DNA from: Andalucia godoyi And28
Lineage: Eukaryota > Protista > Jakobida
Direction of reading: 5' to 3'
Assembly: GCA_009859145.1 (NCBI GenBank)
Contig: VRVR01000001.1
Coordinates: 371,393-435,392, forward strand
DNA length: 64,000 nt
Part shown: piece after piece, positions 24,101 to 34,100 of the stretch
Position numbering within the stretch: position 1 is the first letter of the stretch
Layout of the letters: every line of letters starts with the position of its first letter
Translations under genes and position numbers: made by a program
The notes under the pieces: model-generated
The model's database searches: none
What the model was told of the DNA's origin: nothing
The model's input: the letters and a program-made list of their open reading frames with translations, nothing else

Positions 24101-27100
24101 AGACGCTTTGTCTCCAGGTATTGATTGAGCCCAGACTGAATCTGGTCGAGCAATGAATTACACTCCTGCAGTTTCGACAGCAAGCCATCGCGTTCAACAA
24201 TGGATAAAACACTGGGATCTCTCTTCACGCTGCCCATCGTATCTCGCCACACTTTGTCGACAGTCTTGAACATTTTGTCCTCCGTTGGCATCTGTTTCTG
24301 GATGTCGGCAGAAGAAAAGATGCTTTCGAGGTAAAGCCACGAAGACTGCACTTTCAGCCAAGAATCAAGAATGTCTTGAAGCATGACAAGCTTGGCCTCC
24401 CATTTCTTCACGCGTTCCTCGAAGGGGCCAATGAATGGCGAGGACCTCATGGTCTGCGTCTTGACAATGTGGTCATCCAGCAGCTGCTGGATTTCGTCCA
24501 CACCAGACAAAATCGAAGTTCCAGATTCTCTCCAAACTGTAGTGTTGAACTGCATCGGCTTCCATTCGCTTTCCATACTGTCAAGTGTCTTCTCAAGCAT
24601 GTATTCCTTCGATGCAAACATTCCAACTTCTTCCAACTTCTCCAGGTATTGTACAACATCCAGTTTCAGCACGACTGCCAAGGAAGGTTGCTCCGATGGG
24701 TGCACTCGAACTCGCAATACTTCTGATACCATATTCCAATGGCGATCTCGCATTCCAGGATTGCAGAAAATGGCAAGAACAGGCAGCACTTTCTTGAAAG
24801 AGTCATAGGTCTCACGAACATGTTCGATGACCTTGGTTGCCTGCGGCATTTCTCCGAGGCCTTTCAGCATTTTAACAGCGTCCCGCCAAAGTTGGTTTGC
24901 GTCCCTGTCCACATCCTCGAACAAGAACTTCGTATAATCACCGTTCATCCACAAATCATGCTTCACGAAGGCTTCATTTGCAAGCTTCCAGACCTTCGCA
25001 TACGGATCCGCAGCTTTACGGGCTTCTCCAATCTGCAAGAAGGGTGACTTCATGCGATTGAGAAGAAGTTCTTGCTCGTTGAAGTACGGAATCTTCTGCT
25101 CCGCGTCAGACAGAGCGCTGTAAAGCATTTCCAATTCACGAACGCGGATCGCATGATCGCGCCAATCTCCAAAGCTTCTGAGTGCTTCTGCCTGATTTTT
25201 GAGACTTGTGAGTTCTTGCTCGAACCGAGACAGTTTTTCTTCCAATTGAGAATCAAATCGCTCACGGTAACTCTCCATTCGGCGTTCAGCCTCCTCAAGA
25301 ATCGGTTTCAAACGATCGGGCCAGCAGATGGCAAGAGCCGTCGATGATATTTGAGAGTCATTGAGCAAATGATCCATCCGTAAAATGAAGCGCAGCCTGG
25401 ATTTCAACAACTTGATCTCCTTGTCACGATCATCCAACAGCACCTTGATCTTGCGAAAGTAGTCTTGGATAGAAACAAAATCCTCTGCAGTTTTCGGATT
25501 TCGTGTGATAGCGGTTTCAATATCCTCGAAGGAGTGGCAAATCTGATTCGCAAGTGTCTGACTGGCATTCGCCATGAAATCCAGAATGCGAACGGCATAT
25601 GCTGACGCTGCGTTTTGTAAAGTCTTTCTCACTCCTGAGCAATCGATCACAAAGAGACCCACCTGAATTACATTAGGAAGATCAGTGATGCAATGATCTG
25701 CGACCTCTCGGAACGCAGCCACCTCCGCTTCAAACGACTCAAAATCGAGCAACCTTCCTTTGTCCGAGTCCAAAAACGACCGAATCCGATTTTCAGCACT
25801 ATCGTCAACAAGCCACAAAAAGGGCGAGAAAATTGAAATGTTCCCAATGGCATCACGAAAATCGCGTTCCAAACAAGAAGAGAGAAACTCGCGTCCTGCA
25901 GAAACTACATCGTCATCACGGTCACCAACGGGCACTGAAAGTGACCTAGATACAGAGTTGGAGCTGCTTCCAACACCCGGACGGAGACCAGACATTAGAA
26001 CATCAGCCTTTTGGGGTAGAAATTCTGACAACAACGACCCTGCGGCTACGTTCAAAGATGCACAGGAGTTCTCAAAACTCGAAATTAATTCGGAAATAAA
26101 TGCTCGAGGATTGGGAAGAAGTTCTAAAGTTGGAGATGCATGCGAATTAGCCGATGAGAGTACCAGAGAAACAGCAAACACGCTTGAAAGGGTCGAAAGA
26201 TGGTTCTTCCACGCATTCAAAGACAGCTCCATGACATCTCGAAGCTTTCTATAAAGCATTGCAGAGCAAGATGCGACCAGATGGCGTTGGAATTCATCAT
26301 TCGAGACGTCCGTCAAGCTGTTGCCGTGTGCAAACGGTGAAACTGAAGTCACGGAAGCAAAGACAGACTGGCCCACGACCGGTGCGAATCCTTGCGGAGG
26401 AAGACGGTTTCGCCGGACTGGAGAAGACAGGGAGCTCCGCAGATTCGACAAGCGATCCTTCAAGATTCCCTTCAGAGCAGGAAGCACGTTTTCTTCAATG
26501 CGCTGCACCACAGAATGAACATGCTCTTTCTGCAAACGAGTGAAGACAGAAACTTGAATGGGATACTTTCGAAGCAGTTCCTTCGACTCAAGAAACAGCG
26601 AGAAGTGTTCAGGAACAAGCGTATTCTCAAGAGACGCCAAGATCTGAGTAGCACAAGAATCAAGAAGAGAAAGCGAAGAATTCAAAGAACTGGAAACATT
26701 GGAGAAAGGAAACGAAGGCGACCAGTCTTTGGAAAACAAAACATACCGAAACTCTTCGGGTGGTACCAAAATCCCCAATCTCCGTTGTTCATCGGGATTC
26801 AGCAAAACATAGTTGAGAATGGATTTTCTAATCGCGTACACGTAGGTTTCTCTCATACCTGTCGCCATATCAGAAACGAGGTCGGAGACAAAGTCCTCAG
26901 ACACAAGGGCAGCTCGGTCTGGTACGAGAGTGAGACTGTTGGCAAAATGCTCATCCGGAAAAGGCGGAAGAAGGCTCTCTGCGGGGACATTTTGCAGATA
27001 ATAATAGTATCGCTCTTGGAATCTCTGCAAGTCTTCGTCTGAAAAATCTTCCGCTCTCCAATCTGAAAACGGCAGAGCTGCTGTGGGAACAGGAGTATCC

Positions 27101-28203
27101 GAATTCAAGGTTTCGAAAGTCACATTCAGAACCGACGGGGACAAATAAGAAGCAATACGGTCAACTGGCTGCTGACTGACACTTGCCATCGTATTTGCGG
27201 CAATCTGCGTCATTCGCGAAGAGTCAAGCAAAGGCGGCATTGTAATCGCCTTTCGGGTCATCGGCGACGTGACAAACTGTCCAGAAACCGGATTGTAGGA
27301 TTTGACGGTTGTCGTGAAATCAGAGTCATGTTGACGAGTGATCCCTACTGGGGAAAGCGGCTGGCCAAGCTGCGGTCCCATGAAGCCAGACCGCGTCGGA
27401 GAAGGAGGAACGTTGTCAAACACTGTTCCGTCTCCAAAGACAGAAACATCCGGGGACAGTGAGCTCTTCAAGGGGATTTCTCTAGCCGATTGAGGAGACC
27501 CTAGAGGAATCAGACGGTCCAACAAACTATCCGTTCGCGATATGTGAACGCGAAGAGGACTTTTCGATCCTCGGCTGCTCACACCGGGGGAGGTGGGAGG
27601 ACGAGGAGACACAAACACTGACGCATCCGCGGTACCCGGACGACCACTGGCGCCAAAAGATGGCGGCGACCTAGGCTGTCCGCGAGGAGACTGTCGGCCG
27701 GGGTCCACTTGATACAAAGTTCTCTTAATTGACCTGCGGACCGTGTCCTGCATATCTGAAAATCGCTGGAGAGCTTCTTCCGTACCCTTATGTCCGTCGT
27801 ACTTTTGATCTTGCAGTGTATTGGCCAGTTCCTGAGCTTCGATGTATGTAGCAGGAAGATCAACATCCAGTTGGAGAGGGCTCAGCGCAGACGTTTGCCC
27901 TAGCACGGCATCCACAGTCGATTTCAGCGTTGAAGAAAGTGCATCCGCCTCCATCTTCAGAATTTCCTTCTGAACACGAGGAGCAAGTTCCTGAATGGTA
28001 GTCCTCATATCCGCAACCATTTGCCTCCCACGTTCTGATCGAGATAGCGGAACTTGGAATAATTTGAGCAACTCCTCCATCTGTTCAAATCCCTTGATTG
28101 CTTCGCGAAGCGAGCCAACCCGCATATCAAGGATTCTGCGAACCTTGGATTGCAGCTTTTGGAAGTCCTTATTGACTGCATCCACGTTCGTTCTGTCCGA
28201 CAT
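15169..28203 (-). CDS. DNAH7: Axonemal inner-arm dynein heavy chain (DNAH7/DNAH3/DNAH12 group), single exon
   Basis: 4344-aa ORF. P-loops [35 protein letters not shown]; coiled-coil stalk; C-terminus [33 protein letters not shown] typical of this group. Exact orthology needs a phylogeny. Confidence 0.92.
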   Translation of the reverse strand: [4344 protein letters not shown]

Positions 28204-28584
28204 ATCTTGCAGAATAAGCCGAGTTTAGTTTCCAAAAACGAAAACAAAAACAAAATCATGCAAAAAACAACACAAATAAACGATTTATCTTGGTGGTGAT
28301 TTTTGGGAAGAAATAAGAGACAAGAAGTGGCGGTACTTGTGACGGTTGCTCTGCTAGGGTTTTTTTTTTGGAAGGGTCAAAAGACAAAAAGACCATTCGT
28401 TTTTTTGCATTTTACGACCGATTCTGCAGAACATGCGACAGGCTCGCAGACCCGTGCCTTCTGTGACTTACCAATGTTGCGTGGTGAGCAAATCCACAGT
28501 GCTGTGCAATTGTGCTTTCCCGTTTATTCCTGCGCGTCTGCAACAATTTTTGTAATATATAATTCGTATCCTTGGAGTCCGGTG

Positions 28585-29481
28585 CTAGGGTTTCCTGAGC
28601 GGAATGGAATCCAAAAAGGTCAAGATTTCCTTGGAGTATTCTTCCGGAAACACCTTGAAGTGAGCGACATGTTCAGACCCGACAAACATCTTTTTGCGAA
28701 CGTCAAACTTGGCATCCTCTAAATCACGGATGAATTCTTCAACATCTGCAGGTGGAATCACCGTGTCTGCATCCGAGTACAGGAACAAATGAGGACATCT
28801 TTTTTGCAATTTGATGTATGCGTTTCTAAGATTGACCAGCCGGCTCCGATGCTCGCTCGTCTCCAAGTACTTCTCGAATGCCCTCGTGACTGCTTTTCGA
28901 AGAATGCTGTCTTTGCGATCCGAGACAAAGGGAATCCGGCTGTTCAAAGCCCCAAGAAACCCACCTGTGAACCGTTCTGCAGAAATCTTTGGTGGGGCAC
29001 TGTCCACAATGCACGCAACTGCATTCCGACATAGCACGGGAACATCTGAATTGTCATTTTCATGGTGCTTCTCCATTGCAAACGCGGTCCCAAATTTCTG
29101 CTGGTATGCATTACGAAGCAACGCAGCTGCAAAATGGACTCCATTTCCAGAAAGCAAATGATAAACAATAGAGCGATTCTCAAATCTCGAATCTGGATTC
29201 TTTGCAAGAAAGGTGTTCGCTTCCTTCTGCGCCACACGCTCGCTCAGCACAGTCAGCGGAGAAGGAATCACGGAAATGGTTTCAACACCGCAACGATTCC
29301 ACCAGTCCGCGTACTTTGCAACATGATGGCTGTGGGCACCCAACCATCCAACCACAATGCAAATCGGTCGATCCACTGCCTTCGGAAAGATCGGGCGCGT
29401 AATGGCGCTTGGCTTCAAAGTCGAGAACAAGCAGCGAAGTGGCCGCAATCCAACGACATTTCCACGGAGCCCCTTCCACAT
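28585..29481 (-). CDS. DUF829/TMEM53 family alpha/beta-hydrolase-like protein
   Basis: IVVGWLGAHSHHVAKYADWW, YHLLSGNG, CIVDSAP, LFLYSDADTVIP, FVGSEHVAHFKVFPEEY. The N-terminus is presequence-like. Confidence 0.85.
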   Translation of the reverse strand: MWKGLRGNVVGLRPLRCLFSTLKPSAITRPIFPKAVDRPICIVVGWLGAHSHHVAKYADWWNRCGVETISVIPSPLTVLSERVAQKEANTFLAKNPDSRFENRSIVYHLLSGNGVHFAAALLRNAYQQKFGTAFAMEKHHENDNSDVPVLCRNAVACIVDSAPPKISAERFTGGFLGALNSRIPFVSDRKDSILRKAVTRAFEKYLETSEHRSRLVNLRNAYIKLQKRCPHLFLYSDADTVIPPADVEEFIRDLEDAKFDVRKKMFVGSEHVAHFKVFPEEYSKEILTFLDSIPLRKP

Positions 29482-29877
29482 CCCCCAAGCACGAACAGCT
29501 ACAAGAACATGCGCCGGTCGACTCGTGTGTCTCTAGCTATCAAGCCATTCCAGTTCCACAATCAAGAGTTTTCGCAGGGGGCCCGGGGGGGGGGGGGGGT
29601 CTGCTTCCCAGTGTCCCACATTCCGTTGGACACCCGAGCCCCTTGTTGACATGCAGCGGCTGTACAACTACAGCGTTCTTGTGAATCCTTTTCGATCTCG
29701 GGGACGCATCCCTCCCCGTAAACGAAAAACCTCGCATCTCGATCCATGCGGCTGAGATTCTTTTATATATATATATATATTATTATTATTATTATTTACT
29801 CCTTTCAGTGCCCGGGTGCTTGTTAGTTGTTGCTGTCGTGTGTGCGGTTCAGAAACGTGTACTCTAGAGAAAACGAA

Positions 29878-30193
29878 ATGTGTGCAAAGAAGCAAGTTGC
29901 GGCGAATAACATGAGTCTTCTAGCCAAGGCCAAGCTGAAGTTTGATGTCATGACTGTGGCATACATGCTCGAACCGTGGGAAAAGGCAATGTTCTGTATG
30001 AATACTCCAATTATTTGTTGATTTTTTCCTGCTTGTCAATTCCTCCCCCGCTTTCCGACTCATCACCTTACAGCTTTCTAATGCGTTTTCCATGTCGATG
30101 TGTTAAAAAGATACTGCCTTCGTTGGAGGAGCTTCGCTCGCTTCTTACGGTTTTTATAAGCTTCTGCTGGTGAACCTCGGATATGGATATTGA
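29878..30193 (+). CDS. SPTSSA: Serine palmitoyltransferase small subunit (SPTssA/B family), two exons: 29878-29995 and 30111-30193
   Basis: VMTVAYMLEPWEKAMF matches the family motif YMLEPWE. Intron 29996-30110 (GTATG...CTAAT...AAG) joins to YTAFVGGASLASYGFYKLLLVNLGYGY*, giving the expected hydrophobic tail. Alternative ATG at 29911. Confidence 0.8.
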
Positions 30194-30726
30194 AATGGTG
30201 TTATGCTCCTCAATGTCCATTTGTTCTGATTCCTATTCTTTCTTTCATTCTGTATCATATATTATCTTTTAATTATTATTTTTTTCGTGATGATCGCTTC
30301 ATTCTCTCTTTTTATTATTATCAAGATTAATTAAAGACAAGAAAAAAGAGGCAAGAATCCTTGGTCCTTTCCCTCCTCCGTTTATTCTCTTTTTTTCCAA
30401 AAGAACAAAATACGCCAAAAATGAGTGCGATTGCTGGCTCTTTGTTCCGTTTTGTAATCGGTGCTCACATGTATCACATAATCGCTGTTGTCCTGTCGCT
30501 CGGACGCACACGGCACATGGCACCTCGCGAGTTCACTCACCATAAGTAACCAAAGTGACCAAACAGCAACACAATGACAGAAGCATGATCTCCATAAAAA
30601 GACCGTAGTCGTTGTCGCATGCAAGTGGGGCGGACTTCTGCCTTTTGTTGGGCTGTTCTGCGTCCGCAGCGTTTTGTTTGTTGTGGATTCTCCCGAGCGG
30701 ATTAGAAGAGAGTCATTGGCGAGAGA

Positions 30727-31137
30727 ATGAGTTTGAGGAAAATTCAAAGCGAACTTCACGAAAAGATCGATGCCGCAATGTCTGGCATTGTTGCGAACTT
30801 GGGTGCAATTGCCTCCGCGTCCAAGATCTCGGAGTCGCACCAGTCGACTTCGGATGCACTGTCCATTCGGGTGCACGCTGACGCAATTGTGACGCACATC
30901 CAGTCGCTGCTGGACGTTGTGGATGCGGTGCGCATGAACCGCATCTTGTACGATGCACAACGAGTCACCTCTGGAGTCGATGCGCTGAAAGCGACGCTTG
31001 AAAGAGAGTACGAATCGGCCATGGAGTCTGTGCAGACGAACCGATCCAACGTTGTGCAAGCACTGGACGTGCTCAACAGCTTCAAGGTGAAGGCTACTGT
31101 GAATGACGCCAGTCAGGTTGAGCCTATGATGGAATGA
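30727..31137 (+). CDS. MED22: Mediator subunit 22-like
   Basis: 136 aa. IRVHADAIVTHIQSLLDVVDAVRMNRILYD resembles Med22 [30 protein letters not shown], followed by a coiled-coil. Confidence 0.7.
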   Translation: MSLRKIQSELHEKIDAAMSGIVANLGAIASASKISESHQSTSDALSIRVHADAIVTHIQSLLDVVDAVRMNRILYDAQRVTSGVDALKATLEREYESAMESVQTNRSNVVQALDVLNSFKVKATVNDASQVEPMME

Positions 31138-31175
31138 TCCGCAGCACCAGTGTTTCAGCGAGTTGTTTTGGTTTA

Positions 31176-34100
31176 CTATTGCTTTTTCCCTGCCGCTTTT
31201 CCTTCCGGAACGTCCACATATCCTGGAACCGGGATTCCAAAGTAGACGACACCGTTTCGCACAGCACCCGTTTCTGTAGCGGTCTCAGGAGCCTTTCTCC
31301 ATTTGCGGTGCAACACTTCAGGCATTGACCTTGAAGGTTCCTCGATTGATGATTGGATCATTGTGCGAAGGAACGAGCATGCTGCCTTTTCTGAGATCGG
31401 CACGGGCGTGGTAATCACTGCACAGCAACCGTTCAAAGAGCTAATTGCTGCAAAACTGATCTGCGATTCACAGATGCGTCGTCGCAACGGTGTTTCAGTA
31501 AAATGCTTCTTTCTTCTTTCCGAACTCTTTTCGGTGCTCTCCACCTGCAAGTTGAAAACAGCTTCAAGGCCAGACATTTCCACACCAATCACGTGACTTG
31601 CGCGAACAGAAGCAAGAAGAGGTTCGTAGCCAATGCGATACAAACACCGTTGGTTCGAAAGCAGTGTTGTGAATTCAGCGTTGGAAACGATCCTATCAAC
31701 GCCACCATACAGTCCTTTCCATTCCTTGGTAGCGGACGATGCAAACCCACCCACAACTTCCTTCTTGAAAAGATCAGACAGGGTATCCTTGGGATGAGAT
31801 TCAGAAAACTCGTCAACAACAAAGAACGCTGCGTTACGAGGGACCCCCGTAATCTTCGGAAGCGATTCTTTTCGAGAAAGATGAAGGTACAGTGAGAAAT
31901 CCCGCGACACCGCAGATAACGGAATGTCCAAAACTCGGTCCAAGACATCGAAGTTCACAAAATGCATGGACGGTTGGGATAAAACGCACAAGCAAGAGTC
32001 CTTCAAAGACAATCCTTCGGAAAACGAAGCAATTCGAGCAGGCACTTGTTCAAAAACTTCGGCCAAAAGCTGTGACGACAACCGACACACCGAGACCCCG
32101 TCAAAGGCCTCGGTGGATGCCCGAATAGCCACCAGGGCTCGAGAGAAGTCCGCGGGAGCATCGGGAAAATCAACAAACGACTGTCCGCGAAAGAGTATGC
32201 TTATCGGTACAAACGGCTCCTCAAACATAGGGCGAATGCAAGCACAAATCGAGGTATTTTCCGCAACTAATGCCTTGAGCGAATCAAAGTCATTCTCGGA
32301 TTTGTTCAAATAACGAGCTCGGACGTTCTCCCACATGTCCGGGAGGGCGCTCTTCATCCGATGGAAACGATCGGAAATTGCACCGTTGCATTGCCGAATG
32401 AATTCGAAAGCATTCTTCAGACGAACATCCCGATAATCCGTGTCGGCAAGAGACTCCAAGATGCCTGCGCATTCCCAAGCAGATCGCAAACCCAGAGCAA
32501 GATGGAAGTACTTTGCAGACTTATCAAGGAAGGCAAGATACAAGGACGCACGCGAAGCAGTCAGCATATCATTCTCCGCAAGGCTTATCTTTAAAGACGA
32601 AAACAGATCAGTAGACGCCCTGCCCATGAGCAGATGTCTATTAGAATCATCCAAATCCGATTCCGCAAACTTTAGTCTCCACGACACAGCAAGACCTCGC
32701 ATGAGACTCGCAGCAGCCTGCACTGTTTGAGATTCGCACAAGACAGCAGCTGATTCAGAGAGAGACAAGACAACCTGCCACAGATGACCATCGACGGCAG
32801 GTTTGAGACCCTCTTCTGCCATCGCATCCTTCAAAAACTCCCGAACCGGTGTGTCGTCTTGCCCCGTTGTGGCGGGAGGAAAGAACGGAGTTTCCATGCG
32901 TTCAATTGCCGATTTGTGGGTTTGCTCAATCACATACAAGTCGAGGTAGACTTGTGCGATCAACAGCAACAAGCTGGCAACCACAGATGAAAAGGGAGAT
33001 TGCGTGACTTCCGAGAGGTCTCCGATGGAATTCGTTTTTAGAAGTCCCAGCATTTGTTCCGCATACGACGTTCCGTAGACACTTGTCAATGTTACCAAAA
33101 TGCTCCTCTTCTCCAGCGCTCGCACAAACATGCTGAGCTGATATTCAAATTGAATCATTGCCTTGTCAACTTCAAAGGAGAAAATGCAGTCTCCAAACTT
33201 TCCGACACGAGTCTTGGCAGCCTTCAAATAAAAACGGATATCGTCGATTTCAGGCGCCAAGGCAGGCAAGGGTGCTGTCATCAATTTCGAAAACAGGATG
33301 CTTGATAGATAGGAAGCAAGTTGCAAAGATAATTTCGCGATGACCAGATTGCTGTCCAAGGCGCCATTCAAAGGCCTGTCAACGAAGGTTTCGAGAATGC
33401 GACAGGCATCCCGCAACGTGCAAAGGCAGCCGTTGACGTCGTCCCGCTGCCAATAAGAGCCTGCAAGCTGTGTAACACTCACGCACCAGGTGGACAGATC
33501 ACCGAAGCACAAGGATTGCCCAAAACGCAAGTACTCTACGGAACCGTCAACGTCTCCCTCGAATTTTCGCAAAATAGACAGCAGATACAAAGTTTGAGGA
33601 AGAATATCCAAATCTCCAAACGCTTTGGCGTGGCGAAGACATTCGGTCGCCAAATCCTTTGATTGCGAGAACTCACCCAGCAGCAGCAGTTCCTGGGCCT
33701 GGCGCAGCCACATTTCGCGAATCGTCAATGGTCGCAAAACCATCTGTTTGAAGGGTGACGCGCTGCGCATCTTGTTCAGCACAGCATCTTGGATAACACT
33801 CATGGGATCAACGGTTTGCAAGGAAACAAACTGCGAAACCTCCTGGAAGAACACCTTCTTTTGCCTGGAACTCAATCCGGTAGCAGACACAATTTTGTCG
33901 TAGTCATCCTTAACGACTGAAGACTGCGGAAATCCAAGAGACACGTGCAATCGGTGCTTTCGCAACTTGTACACGCACCCAAGATCAGCATTGCACATAA
34001 CATGATCTGTCACGAACTCGGCAAACTTCAGTAAAGAAGGCTCCAAATGCCACAGCCCCGTATTATCCAACACGCTTATCAAAGAGTCAACAAATGCCAA

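Noticed and set aside
15328-28228. Numerous plus-strand ORFs antisense to dynein (and likewise to CFAP46 and other long genes)
   Set aside because: These are shadow ORFs expected opposite long coding regions, with no recognisable domains.
29577-29610. G-run (GGGGGCCCGGGGGGGGGGGGGGGGTCTGC) resembling the Fanzor scaffold motif GGGGTCTGCCCC
   Set aside because: None of the other scaffold motifs or coding remnants flank it; it is probably a simple poly-G in a divergent promoter.
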